From Candidatus Iainarchaeum sp. (GTDB taxonomy: Archaea; Iainarchaeota; Iainarchaeia; Iainarchaeales; JAFCCW01): 64,000 nt of DNA. Of the stretch, positions 46,518 through 56,229 are shown one piece after another. Position numbers and translations under genes: made by a program. How positions within the stretch are numbered: position 1 is the first letter of the stretch; every line of letters begins with the position of its first letter. The notes beneath the pieces were generated by a model. That model was not told where the DNA came from and made no database searches. It saw only the letters and a program-made list of their open reading frames with translations. The stretch is from the NCBI GenBank assembly GCA_017609985.1, contig JAFCCW010000013.1:21652-85651 (forward strand). Direction: 5' to 3'.

Positions 46518-48815
46518 ATGGAGATTCATCTGAACCAGTATCTTGCTGTTTTAATTTTTATTCTTTTTTTTTCAGCTTCAGCTTTTTCTGTTCTTGAACA
46601 GGATTCAATGAAGGTTTTTGCAGTTACAACAAAGGGGAATGCAATGTCTGCTGATCTCTCTCTTGAACTTGTGGACGGGACAGGCAGGGTTTTTACAACT
46701 GTTGATCCTCTGGTTGGGACATCCACTCAGACAACCCAGCGCATTGCAGTAGATGTTGCAAAAAAATATTATCCTGTTGCAGCTAGCTATGACTACAAGT
46801 TCAGCATCCAAAGCACTGCTTCTCTTGTGGACGGCCCTTCTGCGGGTGGAGCAATGGGTTTGCTTGTTGTTTCAATGCTTGATGGAAGAGGTGTTCCGGA
46901 AAATGTTTCAATGACTGGAACAATTAACTCTGATGGTTCTATTGGAAGTGTTGCAGGAATTTTTGAAAAAACAAAAGAAGCAGCAAACCAAGGCATAGAA
47001 CTTTTTATGATTCCATTCGGGGAAGCAAAGCAAACAGTAAAACTGTCCACCGGGATTGAGTCAATTGATCTTGTTGAATATGCTTCGCGAGAATGGGGAA
47101 TGAAGGTTGTTGAAGTCAATAACATAGATGATGTTTTAGAATATGCTTTTTCTGATATTGCATCGATTGATGTGAACAGGCAGGAACCAATAATTCCTGA
47201 TTTTGTTCCTTCTCCAATTTCTTTTTCAAAGTCTCTTAAACCTATGAAATTGCTCACTTTAAAATATGTTGAAGAAGCTCGTGCTTCCATTGATTCAGCT
47301 CACCAAAGTTTGCAGGGAACAATGCTTGACGAACACTCTGTTGTGGATTTAATGCTTGCATCGCTTGATGAGTCAGAAAAATTGTTAAAGAAAGCTGAAA
47401 TTCTTTACGATACAAATCATCTTTATTCTGCTGCAAACTATGCGTTTCTTTCAAAAGTTTATTCAAGTCTTGTTATTGATATTTCTGACAACCCGTCTTT
47501 GATTTCCGTTGATTCAACAATTTTTGATTTAAAAGTAAATTCTCTTGCAAATGAAATAAATAGGCTCGAGCAGGAGCTTGAGCAATCCATTCCTGTCAAC
47601 TGCATTGAATGGCATGCTTCAGCAAAACAAAGACTAAACTATGCTGATGTAACTGTTGCAGAACTCAGGTCAATAAGAACAATTATTGGGGCACAAGAAA
47701 TAGAGCAGGCAGTTTCTGGTGTTCTAGACTATGAATATGCAGTAGCGTGGGTTCAGATTGCAGAGGACCTCTACAGTATTACTCGGGAAGAACAATGTTC
47801 GCTTAGCACAGTGCATGATACTTCTTTTGCAAAAGAGCTTGCTGAAAAAGAGCTTGTTTCTCTTGAAAACCTAATTGAGATAAGCGAAGTTGATGAAGAA
47901 AGCGATATAATGAGACGTTTTCTTTCAGCAAAAGTTGCCCAGTCGAAAGGCTGGTTTATGGCTGCAGCTTTTGATGCTGTTTCTGCAAAAGCATTAATTG
48001 AAGCGGAAAGCAGTTATCTTGACAAAGACTATGTTTCTCTTGAACAAGAGCTAAGAAACGGAATTCAAAAAACTGATTCAGAGATTGTTTCTTTTGATTC
48101 GGATTCTGTCTGGGCTTCACTCTATTTGGACCATGCTCGCTATTACTATGACTCGGCTCTCTTTTACAATGGCCATGGCCGTTTGTCTCTTGCACTTGAC
48201 AATTTAAGGAGCGGAATGAGTCTGCTTTCTCTCGCGATTAATGTGAATTCTGTTTCGTCCAGTTTCAAGGAAACTATTTCAAAAATCCCTGAAGAAGAAC
48301 TTTTTGTCAGTTCCCCTGTTTCAGAACCATTTCGTGGAGAAGGAGACCAAGAAACTTCTGAAGAAATTAAATTTCTTATAGGAATAATTGCAGTTCTTTT
48401 AGTTGTTCTTGCAATAACTATTTTAAAAGTGTTTAGCATTCCAAATCATCCTTCCAGAATTCAGCAGATCAGGTCTGTGAAAAAGCTTCAGAATGATTTA
48501 GAGGAAGCTTTTGCAAAAAAAAGAATTTCTGAAGAAAAATATCACGAGTTATACAATAAGTATTTCCATATTCTTAGTCGGCTGGAAAAAGAAGCATCTA
48601 AAAAAAGCATAAAAGTTTTGGAGCTAGATGCATTGAATGCAGAACTTTCCTCATCTCAACAGCTCTTAAGAGACCTTAAGAGAAGATACAATGAGGGAAC
48701 TATCACAAAAGAGGACTATGAAAAAAGACTCTCTGCTTACACTCTTCTTGTTGAAAAAGTAAAGCACAGAATAGAGCTTGACAAAAAGCAAATAGAAAAA
48801 ATTGACAGCAAGTAA
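46518..48815 (+). CDS. Membrane-anchored Lon-like (S16) serine protease without an ATPase domain
   Basis: Signal peptide, VDGPSAG, MTGTINSDGSIGSVAGIFEK (Ser-Lys dyad), and a C-terminal TM with a charged tail. Confidence 0.85.
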   Translation: MEIHLNQYLAVLIFILFFSASAFSVLEQDSMKVFAVTTKGNAMSADLSLELVDGTGRVFTTVDPLVGTSTQTTQRIAVDVAKKYYPVAASYDYKFSIQSTASLVDGPSAGGAMGLLVVSMLDGRGVPENVSMTGTINSDGSIGSVAGIFEKTKEAANQGIELFMIPFGEAKQTVKLSTGIESIDLVEYASREWGMKVVEVNNIDDVLEYAFSDIASIDVNRQEPIIPDFVPSPISFSKSLKPMKLLTLKYVEEARASIDSAHQSLQGTMLDEHSVVDLMLASLDESEKLLKKAEILYDTNHLYSAANYAFLSKVYSSLVIDISDNPSLISVDSTIFDLKVNSLANEINRLEQELEQSIPVNCIEWHASAKQRLNYADVTVAELRSIRTIIGAQEIEQAVSGVLDYEYAVAWVQIAEDLYSITREEQCSLSTVHDTSFAKELAEKELVSLENLIEISEVDEESDIMRRFLSAKVAQSKGWFMAAAFDAVSAKALIEAESSYLDKDYVSLEQELRNGIQKTDSEIVSFDSDSVWASLYLDHARYYYDSALFYNGHGRLSLALDNLRSGMSLLSLAINVNSVSSSFKETISKIPEEELFVSSPVSEPFRGEGDQETSEEIKFLIGIIAVLLVVLAITILKVFSIPNHPSRIQQIRSVKKLQNDLEEAFAKKRISEEKYHELYNKYFHILSRLEKEASKKSIKVLELDALNAELSSSQQLLRDLKRRYNEGTITKEDYEKRLSAYTLLVEKVKHRIELDKKQIEKIDSK

Positions 48816-48881
48816 AAACTGTTGTAAAAAATAAACAGTGAACAAAAGAGAACAAAAAAGCAGAACGCTGAAAACAACTGG

Positions 48882-51866
48882 TTAATTCGACTCTGTTTTT
48901 TCAAGCAAACTTTCTTTCAGTTTCAATCCAATTACTGAACTCTTTTCTTTGTTGAGCGCTACTCCAATTATCTGGTCAGCAGAATTAATCAAGTGGTCGT
49001 TGTGAGTTATTGCAATAAACTGGGAATCGGAAGACACTTTTTCAATTATTTCAATCATTTTTCTGCTGTTCTCTGCGTCAAGTGCAGCGTCTGCCTCGTC
49101 AAAGACATAGAATGGCGCAGGGTCATACAACTGTATCGCGAAAAGAAATGAGAGAGCAGTAAGGCTTTTTTCTCCGCCGCTCATGGAGTCAATATTTTGC
49201 AGGCTTTCCTTGTGTTTTGCTTGGATTATCAGGCCTGAGTCAAGAGGATTTTCTTCATCGCTTAATGAAAGCTGTCCAGAACCCTTGAAGAGTGACATAA
49301 ACAAATCACTGAAATTTTTGTTGATTTCATTAAAGCAGTCAATGAAAACAGTTGTTCTTTTGACATCAATTTTTTCAATCATATCAATAACAGCAGTTCT
49401 TTCTTCTTCAAGCTTTTTAACTTTTTCTTTAACATCATCTACTTCTTTTTTAAGGTCTGAAAAGCTTTCAACTGCCTTCATGTTGACTGCTCCAATTTCC
49501 TCAATTCTTTTTTCAATTTTTGGAATTCTCTCCCTTAGTTCTCCGACAGAGTATTCTTCAAGTATTTTTTCGCCGACAAATTCTTTTGCTTCTTCTCCCA
49601 AGTCATCAATTCTGACCTGGTTTTTTCCAAGTTCAATGTTAATCTCGTTTTCTCTCTGGTCTGTTTTATGAATTTTCTCGCTCACAGACCCTATTTTTTG
49701 CTGAAGAGTCTCAATTGATGTCTCAAGTTCTTTCTTTCTTTCCACAAGCTTTTTGCCCTCGCTTTCCTGCTGTTCTTGTTTTTTTTCAAGACTGGTTATT
49801 TCTTCGACAAGACTTTTTTCCCGATTCTCCATTTCAGTTGTTTCTGATTCAATTTCTTTTGACTCTTCTTTAATGGACTTTATTTCCGAGACATTTCTTT
49901 TTCTCTCAGCTGAAATTCTTGTTTCTCCTGAAATTTCCGAGTTCTTGAATTCTTGTTCGAGCAGTGCTTTTTCTTCCCTTAACTCTGAGAGCTCTGAATT
50001 AATTTTTTCAATGGAATCAAAACCAAGTTCTTCTCTTAGTTGTCTAGCGTTTGAAAAAAGTGTTTCTCTTTCACTCTTTAGCTCTGATATTTTTTCTTCC
50101 ACTCTTTTTACTTCTATGGCTAAATTATCAAGTTCTTCGCTTTCCTGTTCGCCTTTAATTTTTTCAGCTTCGGATTCAAGTTCAGCAATTGACTCTCTGG
50201 TTTCCTTCAATGGTTCAATCTCAATTTCTAATCTTCTTTTTTCTTCAAGCATTTTTTTAAGGCTAGAGTGTGCTTCTTCAAGACTATTAAGCTCTTGTCT
50301 GGTGCTTTCAAGTTCTGTTTCTCTTTTTGTAATGTCTTCTTGTTTTTTGGCGAGCAGGCTTTCTTTTCTTTTTTGCTCAAGCTTGCTTTCACAAACAGGG
50401 CATTCTGCAACAGCCTTCTCCAGTTCTGCTTCTGCTTTTTTCATTGAAGCTATTTCTGCTTCAATATTTTTCAAATCAGACATTTTTTCCCCTGATTTTT
50501 CTTCAGATTCTAATATTTCTGTTTCAATTGAAGAGTGCTCTTTAATTATTTTTGTGAATCTGGCTTCTTTTTCTGAAAGAGTTTCTTCTCTGACTCTAAG
50601 CTTTCCAAGCTTTGCAGAAATCTGAACAAGCCTGTTTTTTCCTGTCTCAATTTTCTGATAAATAGTTGATATCTTTGCCTTATTTTCTAAAAGTTCTGAT
50701 GAAAGCTTGGAAATTTTTGAATCAGCTTTTTCAGCATCTGCTCTCATGCTAGTTTCTTTGGCGAGAAGACCTGAATCCTTTTTCACAAGCTCGCTTTTCT
50801 TTTCAGCAAGCTCTTTTGTTTTCAGGTCAATTTCGGGAATTCTCTTCTCAATTTCATCTCTTCTTTCTGAGAGAGCCTGAATTTCTTCTTCGAGATTTTG
50901 GTTTCTCTGATTTAACAGTCTTAATCTTGAACTGTTTTTTGCAAGCAATTCCTGTTTTGCTCTTTTTTTTTCTTCAAGAACATTCTTTTCTGTTCTAGCT
51001 TGTTCAAGTTTTGTTCCGACTTCTTCGTACAATGATTGTCCTGAAGAAATTATCTCGGAATCAATTGCCTGCATTTTACTTTTTTTCTCGCCTATTTTTC
51101 CCGAAATTTCTGAAATTCTTTTCTTAAGTTCATCTCTTCTTGAACCAAGTTCTTCAAGCTTTTTTTCAGACTCGTCATTTTCTTTTCTTATTCTGCGGAT
51201 TTCTTTTTCAAGAAGAGTTGCTTTGAATTCTCTTTTTTGCTTTTTAAGATTGTCATACTCCATTGCAGCATTCTTTTCCTTCTCAAGCTCTGAAAGATAT
51301 GTTTCTCTTTCTGAGAGAACGATGTTTGCTTCCCTTGTTTTCTGTTCAACCTTTGAAAGTTCTTTGAGTGCTTCAGCTTTTTTTTCGTCAAACTCGCGTA
51401 ATCCTGCAATCTCATCAATTACTTCTCTTCTTTGAACAGGATTCATTTCAATAACTCTGGTAATATCCCCTTGCACTACTATGTTGTGGCCGTGCGGTTT
51501 TATTCCTAATTCTGTGAGAAGAGCAGACACTTCATTAAGTGTCTTCTTTGTTCCGTTCAGTCTGAACTGGCTTCTTCCCTGTTTGTCAATTGTCCTGCTT
51601 ATCTCAAACTTGTTCTGCTTGTTTTTGAGATGCAATGCAACCTTTGCATAGTTTTCAACGCTCTTGCTGTTAACAAGGTCAGTTAGCTTTGAAGCTCTCA
51701 GCATTTTCAGGGAAGTAGCTCCCATGACAAACATTAGTGCGTCAAGGATATTGCTCTTTCCAGAACCATTGCTTCCTGCAATAACTGTGAATCCGTTTGA
51801 GAGTGGAATTTCTGCTTTGCGGAAGCTCTTGAAGTTTTTTATCTCAAGCTTCTTCAAGTCAACCAT
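48882..51866 (-). CDS. smc: SMC-family ATPase with a central CPVC zinc hook and no hinge
   Basis: GSNGSGKSN, NIVVQGDI, MSGGEKSL, PAPFYVFDEADAALD and QFIAITH motifs; CPVC at aa 489-492 of 994. Confidence 0.9.
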   Translation of the reverse strand: MVDLKKLEIKNFKSFRKAEIPLSNGFTVIAGSNGSGKSNILDALMFVMGATSLKMLRASKLTDLVNSKSVENYAKVALHLKNKQNKFEISRTIDKQGRSQFRLNGTKKTLNEVSALLTELGIKPHGHNIVVQGDITRVIEMNPVQRREVIDEIAGLREFDEKKAEALKELSKVEQKTREANIVLSERETYLSELEKEKNAAMEYDNLKKQKREFKATLLEKEIRRIRKENDESEKKLEELGSRRDELKKRISEISGKIGEKKSKMQAIDSEIISSGQSLYEEVGTKLEQARTEKNVLEEKKRAKQELLAKNSSRLRLLNQRNQNLEEEIQALSERRDEIEKRIPEIDLKTKELAEKKSELVKKDSGLLAKETSMRADAEKADSKISKLSSELLENKAKISTIYQKIETGKNRLVQISAKLGKLRVREETLSEKEARFTKIIKEHSSIETEILESEEKSGEKMSDLKNIEAEIASMKKAEAELEKAVAECPVCESKLEQKRKESLLAKKQEDITKRETELESTRQELNSLEEAHSSLKKMLEEKRRLEIEIEPLKETRESIAELESEAEKIKGEQESEELDNLAIEVKRVEEKISELKSERETLFSNARQLREELGFDSIEKINSELSELREEKALLEQEFKNSEISGETRISAERKRNVSEIKSIKEESKEIESETTEMENREKSLVEEITSLEKKQEQQESEGKKLVERKKELETSIETLQQKIGSVSEKIHKTDQRENEINIELGKNQVRIDDLGEEAKEFVGEKILEEYSVGELRERIPKIEKRIEEIGAVNMKAVESFSDLKKEVDDVKEKVKKLEEERTAVIDMIEKIDVKRTTVFIDCFNEINKNFSDLFMSLFKGSGQLSLSDEENPLDSGLIIQAKHKESLQNIDSMSGGEKSLTALSFLFAIQLYDPAPFYVFDEADAALDAENSRKMIEIIEKVSSDSQFIAITHNDHLINSADQIIGVALNKEKSSVIGLKLKESLLEKTESN

Positions 51867-51998
51867 TAGTACACACGCTTCTTAATCATTAGTACACTTT
51901 CATTCTCACTTGTAAACTTATTCTCAATTAACAGTAGTTAAATAATCTTCAAACAGGTATTAAAAGTTATGTTGCATTGAGTTTGATTTAGTTTGATG

Positions 51999-52089
51999 CA
52001 AAAATTCTGTCAAAAATTCTGTCCGTGTTTTGTCAGTATTCTGCTAGTATTCTGCTAGTATTCTCTTAGTATTCTGTTAGCATTCTGTT
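51999..52089. repeat. 11-12-bp tandem repeat array upstream of smc
   Basis: CAAAAATTCTGT x2, one degenerate unit, then five AGTATTCTGYT-like units (52035-52089). Confidence 0.85.
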
Positions 52090-52098
52090 TGGGTTTGG

Positions 52099-52782
52099 TT
52101 AGTTTTTTTCTTTCAAATGCGCCTTTATTATGTATAAGACTCCTGTGTTTGCCTTTGCTTCTTTTTTGCTTTCATCTATTTCTATTTTCTTTTTGAAGAA
52201 AGGAGCATCAAGAACTGTTGTTTCAATTTCCCCTCCTTCTCCTGACGAGCTTAACCCATATTTTTCTTCAATTTCTGCAAGCTCTTTAATTGAATCAGGG
52301 TTGAGGTCTCTTCCAAGCCAGTTTTCTTCAAGTGGATAGCCTGCAATCCCGGTAATCAATACTCTGAATTTTTTTTCAACAAGTTCTCTTAACAACTGGT
52401 TTGCTTCAATTCCCCAAAGAGGGTTAATGCATTCAATTCCGATGTCTTTGCAAATCTTTTCAATTCTGTCTGCCTGATATTTTGAAGCAATTGCTCCCGT
52501 AACCAGTCCCTCTATTTTGTGCAGTTCAACTGCTTTTCTTATGCTGTTTTCAAGGTCAGCAAGCTCTTTTTCTTTTTCTCCCTTTGTTGTTCCAATAACA
52601 ATTGGCTTTTCCATTGCCTCTGCCTGCATTTCAACTAAGTGAATATTTGGAACGTGAAACATGTAGCTTTCCTTGTTTTCGGAAAAAACAGAAATAAGGC
52701 AGGTTATTTCATGCTCTTCCATTGCCTTATAAAGAGCATAATTTGAGTCTTTTCCTCCAGAATACAATACAGCTAGTTTCAT
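52099..52782 (-). CDS. dph6: Diphthine--ammonia ligase family PP-loop ATPase
   Basis: SGGKDS, SYMFH, GAIASKYQ and GEGGEIET motifs. Confidence 0.88.
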   Translation of the reverse strand: MKLAVLYSGGKDSNYALYKAMEEHEITCLISVFSENKESYMFHVPNIHLVEMQAEAMEKPIVIGTTKGEKEKELADLENSIRKAVELHKIEGLVTGAIASKYQADRIEKICKDIGIECINPLWGIEANQLLRELVEKKFRVLITGIAGYPLEENWLGRDLNPDSIKELAEIEEKYGLSSSGEGGEIETTVLDAPFFKKKIEIDESKKEAKANTGVLYIIKAHLKEKN

Positions 52783-52817
52783 TAATCTATTGGGGGGCAC
52801 AGGTTTTTTTAAATCAA

Positions 52818-53609
52818 TTAGGGTTCTTCAGAGCCATAATATTCTGCAAGCATTAGTCCTGCAAGAGCTCCTGAAAGAATATTTGAAAAGAAATAGTAAA
52901 CAGCTGTTACCTGAAAGTCGTCTGCCAATGGAGTCATAATAATGCTTCCGATTGTGGAAAGCAATAGATACACAACAGTAATGAGTAACAGAACATACAA
53001 TGTTCCAAAAAGTTTTTTAGTAGTAAAATCCCAGCTTGCTTGAAAACAATGCTTGATATTTTGCCCGTCAAAACCAATTGCTGTAAACACCATCACAAGC
53101 TTTAATGCAATATAACCCATGAACAAAACATATGCAAGAGCTACAAAGTCCATTAACGGGATTCTGGCAAGCACTAGCAATAAAATAAACCAGAATCCGA
53201 ACAAGAGAATAATTGAGATGAGTGCAAAAACAGCCAGTGCTCCAATTATTGTTCCAATGTGAGACAAAGCATAAGAAAAAGCGCTCTTGATTGAGGGTTT
53301 TCCACTCTGCTTCATTTTAACAAATCTTGCATAAAAAATCAAGAGTCCTGCTGTAATAACTAAATTTGTTACAAGACCTATTGCCACAATATTCATATCC
53401 CAAAAGTTCAGGGAATAGAATGCAAGAGGCATTTCTGTAAGGGAATAGTTTGGAAGTCCAAACTCAATTATTTCCGCAACAATATTTGCTCCAGCCTCAA
53501 AAGAGAAAAGCATGACAAAATAGTTTGCAAGAGCAGCAAGTAACACTGGAATAAGTATGAGTGGTCTGCCAAGAATATTTATTCCAGCCTTTACTAATAT
53601 CTTTACCAT
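52818..53609 (-). CDS. Hypothetical polytopic membrane protein
   Basis: About six hydrophobic segments. Confidence 0.7.
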   Translation of the reverse strand: MVKILVKAGINILGRPLILIPVLLAALANYFVMLFSFEAGANIVAEIIEFGLPNYSLTEMPLAFYSLNFWDMNIVAIGLVTNLVITAGLLIFYARFVKMKQSGKPSIKSAFSYALSHIGTIIGALAVFALISIILLFGFWFILLLVLARIPLMDFVALAYVLFMGYIALKLVMVFTAIGFDGQNIKHCFQASWDFTTKKLFGTLYVLLLITVVYLLLSTIGSIIMTPLADDFQVTAVYYFFSNILSGALAGLMLAEYYGSEEP

Positions 53610-53658
53610 AAAATCACGCTATTTATAACTGCAAAGCGATATTTATTTCTTACGCTAT

Positions 53659-54348
53659 TTAAAAAGCTCTTGCAAGAATTATTGCTGCAAGGCTTAGCAT
53701 AAAACCGAGAAAAAAATGCTTCGAACTTCCTTCCTGTTTACTTGGAAGCATGTCTCTTGAAACAATGTAAAGAACAGCTCCCACCACAAACGAGAAAAGA
53801 CCATGGTGGGCCACAGGCGATAAAGGAGCAATGGATGCAATAAGTGTTCCCGCAAGCGGAGCAGCTGACAAAACAATCATCAACAACTTGTTCATTCCAA
53901 GAAATTCATCAATGTGCGTGAGAGAGATTGAAGAAGAAAAGATATGCGTCAAAAGCAGTGCAAAAGTAAACCATCCAACCCCATCAATTCCTGTGCTAAA
54001 TGAAAGAAACAAAAGAATTCCAATAACCAGATGATATATAAAAAATCCAGATATGTGAATAACTGCAAGCTCGTTCAGCATATGCTTTTTGTGCCTGATG
54101 TGCTGGTACACATATTTTTCGCTTAAGTGAAACAAGACAAATCCACTCAGGATAATAATGTAAACCTTGTCTCCAATTACACTCAATCCATTAAGTGCCT
54201 GCGGAAGAAGTTCTATGAAAATAAATGTGATAAACAAGCCTGCAGAAAAAGAGACAAATCCTGTATGAAATCTCTCAAATTTGTAAGAATATGCTTCTGA
54301 CAGAAAGTTCACGATGCTTAGAATCATTGCTAAAACGAAAACAATCAT
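53659..54348 (-). CDS. ZIP-like membrane protein (putative metal transporter)
   Basis: SFSAG..FIELLP, His-rich loop and GAVLYIVSRDMLP. Start uncertain. Confidence 0.7.
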   Translation of the reverse strand: MIVFVLAMILSIVNFLSEAYSYKFERFHTGFVSFSAGLFITFIFIELLPQALNGLSVIGDKVYIIILSGFVLFHLSEKYVYQHIRHKKHMLNELAVIHISGFFIYHLVIGILLFLSFSTGIDGVGWFTFALLLTHIFSSSISLTHIDEFLGMNKLLMIVLSAAPLAGTLIASIAPLSPVAHHGLFSFVVGAVLYIVSRDMLPSKQEGSSKHFFLGFMLSLAAIILARAF

Positions 54349-54399
54349 GGGATTAAAAGGAACTTGTTCTTTAAATCTTTTTCCCATTATTTTATCTTT

Positions 54400-55437
54400 A
54401 TGAAAACAGTTACAATTGACCTTCACACTCATCTTTTGGAAAAGAAAGTGTCGCCTGTGAAGTACTGGCGAAAAGCTCTTGAACGAAGACTTGATGCAGT
54501 TGCAATAACAGAGCACGCAGAACTTAATCCAAAAAAAGCTTTCAGTCTTGTCTCTGCAAAAAAACCTGCTTCCATTGTTCTTATTCCTGGAGCCGAACTT
54601 TTCACAGACATAGGTCATGCAGTAATCCTTGCAGACTCTGAAGCAGTTTTTGAAGAAAAAGAGATTTTTGAAAAAAGAGTTTCATTAAAGAAAGTAAAAA
54701 AGATTGCAAACTCTAACAACTGGCTTTTGAGCATTGCTCACCCCTGGGGTTTTTCAGGAGACAGTGCTGCATTTATTGCAGGTGAAAAAAAACTTGAAAG
54801 AATTGTTCAAAGAGGCGGAATTGGAGTTGAATCATACAATGGAATGATTGGAAACATTAATTCTCTTGTTTATGACACTAACTGGATTAAACGGCCTTTC
54901 AATTTCTTTGAATTTTTGGAACACAACCGAGTTTCGAGAAGAATAATGCTTGACAGAGTTGGAAGAAAAATGAGGTCTGAACTTGAAGAAAGAATCAAAG
55001 AAGTTCTGGAGCGAAGCGAAAAAGCTCTTGAGCTTGGTCTTAAAGCAGACTTTATTACTGCCGGGAGTGATGCGCATTCAGCAAATCGTGTAGGAGAAGG
55101 AATCGTGAAACTCAAACTCGCAGGCAAACCAACTGCAAGAAACATTCTTGACTCTCTTCGTGAAAAAAAACATGTTGAGTGGGCGGGCCCATTTGTAAAA
55201 GAAGTTGGAGTGGACAGATACGAATTATTAGATGAGCCTGTCAAAAAGAAAGAAATATTTCAGGGAATGAAATATGCTACAAAGAGAGTTATTTCCAGAA
55301 AGGGAAAACTCAAAAAATTGAAAGAAAAGATTTCCGGCGGAAACGAAACAGACGAAGAAAATAATCTGGAAAAACCAAATAGTCAGAGCAAGGAAATCAA
55401 ACCAGAAAAAGAAAAAAACTTTGGTGAAGAAAAGTGA
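54400..55437 (+). CDS. PHP-domain metal-dependent phosphoesterase
   Basis: DLHTH, AITEH, GAE, AHP and GSDAH motifs. Confidence 0.85.
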   Translation: MKTVTIDLHTHLLEKKVSPVKYWRKALERRLDAVAITEHAELNPKKAFSLVSAKKPASIVLIPGAELFTDIGHAVILADSEAVFEEKEIFEKRVSLKKVKKIANSNNWLLSIAHPWGFSGDSAAFIAGEKKLERIVQRGGIGVESYNGMIGNINSLVYDTNWIKRPFNFFEFLEHNRVSRRIMLDRVGRKMRSELEERIKEVLERSEKALELGLKADFITAGSDAHSANRVGEGIVKLKLAGKPTARNILDSLREKKHVEWAGPFVKEVGVDRYELLDEPVKKKEIFQGMKYATKRVISRKGKLKKLKEKISGGNETDEENNLEKPNSQSKEIKPEKEKNFGEEK

Positions 55438-55847
55438 AACAATCTGTTTATGATGCAACGCCTATTTCAGCAATTCCAAAGGAAACAACCCAGCTTCATT
55501 TTGTTCGGCCAGTAAAGTCTTCCAAGGTTGAAAAAATAATTTCTGTTCTCCCAATGCTTTCAAAAATTTCAATGAGCAAGTCCTGTCTTGAACGCCTTGC
55601 TCCTAAAACAAAGAAAATTATTAAATCAAGCGGAATTCCAATAAATGTGTCTTCAGAGCGTGGCAGAGCAATTGAGATTCCCTTTAACAAGCTTCTTCAC
55701 GTAATTGAAATGTCAAAAGACGAGAGGCCTCTAAGGGAAATAGAGGAAACAACCGGTGTGCCGAAAAGCACTGTTCACTATCTTGTCAAATATGCTTCAA
55801 GAACAAAGATAAAGAATGGAAAAAAAACAGTTTATCTTGATGGCTAG
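55434..55847 (+). CDS. DUF1699-like protein with a C-terminal HTH
   Basis: LHFVRP..ISMSKS and PLREIEETTGVPKSTVHYL (HTH). Confidence 0.65.
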   Translation: MKQSVYDATPISAIPKETTQLHFVRPVKSSKVEKIISVLPMLSKISMSKSCLERLAPKTKKIIKSSGIPINVSSERGRAIEIPFNKLLHVIEMSKDERPLREIEETTGVPKSTVHYLVKYASRTKIKNGKKTVYLDG

Positions 55848-55895
55848 ACAATCAAAACTTTTTTATAGCATGAAAGTCTATTTTTATTGATTACA

Positions 55896-56228
55896 ATGAC
55901 TGAAGAAGAAACTCATTTTGATGCCCGTGTTTTGGAACTTGTCAGGAAGGGAGACGAAGAAAAAGTTAGCCTGCTTAAAAATCTTAACAAAAAAATTCTT
56001 CCGTCTCAACTTGTGCGCATCCAGAAAAACGACAAGACAGTTCTTTCCGAATTGTTTCTTCCAAAATGGGTTAAGTGGAGCCTGTTGCAGTCTTGGGCTT
56101 CCAAGTACAAGCTCGCAGGCAAGGGAAACGAGTGCGTGCTCTGCTCTGAAAAAAACGAGTTAGGCATTGACTTCAACAATAACTTCATTTGTGAAAACTG
56201 CTTTGTGAGATTAAAGAATCTGAAATAA
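55896..56228 (+). CDS. Hypothetical protein with a C-terminal zinc finger
   Basis: CVLC...ICENC. Confidence 0.7.
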   Translation: MTEEETHFDARVLELVRKGDEEKVSLLKNLNKKILPSQLVRIQKNDKTVLSELFLPKWVKWSLLQSWASKYKLAGKGNECVLCSEKNELGIDFNNNFICENCFVRLKNLK

Positions 56229-56229
56229 T

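Noticed and set aside
49183-50625. Long Ser/Phe-rich plus-strand ORFs
   Set aside because: Antisense shadows of the E/K-rich smc coiled coil.
51999-52089. Possible CRISPR array
   Set aside because: The units are 11-12 bp and contiguous, with no spacers and no cas genes.
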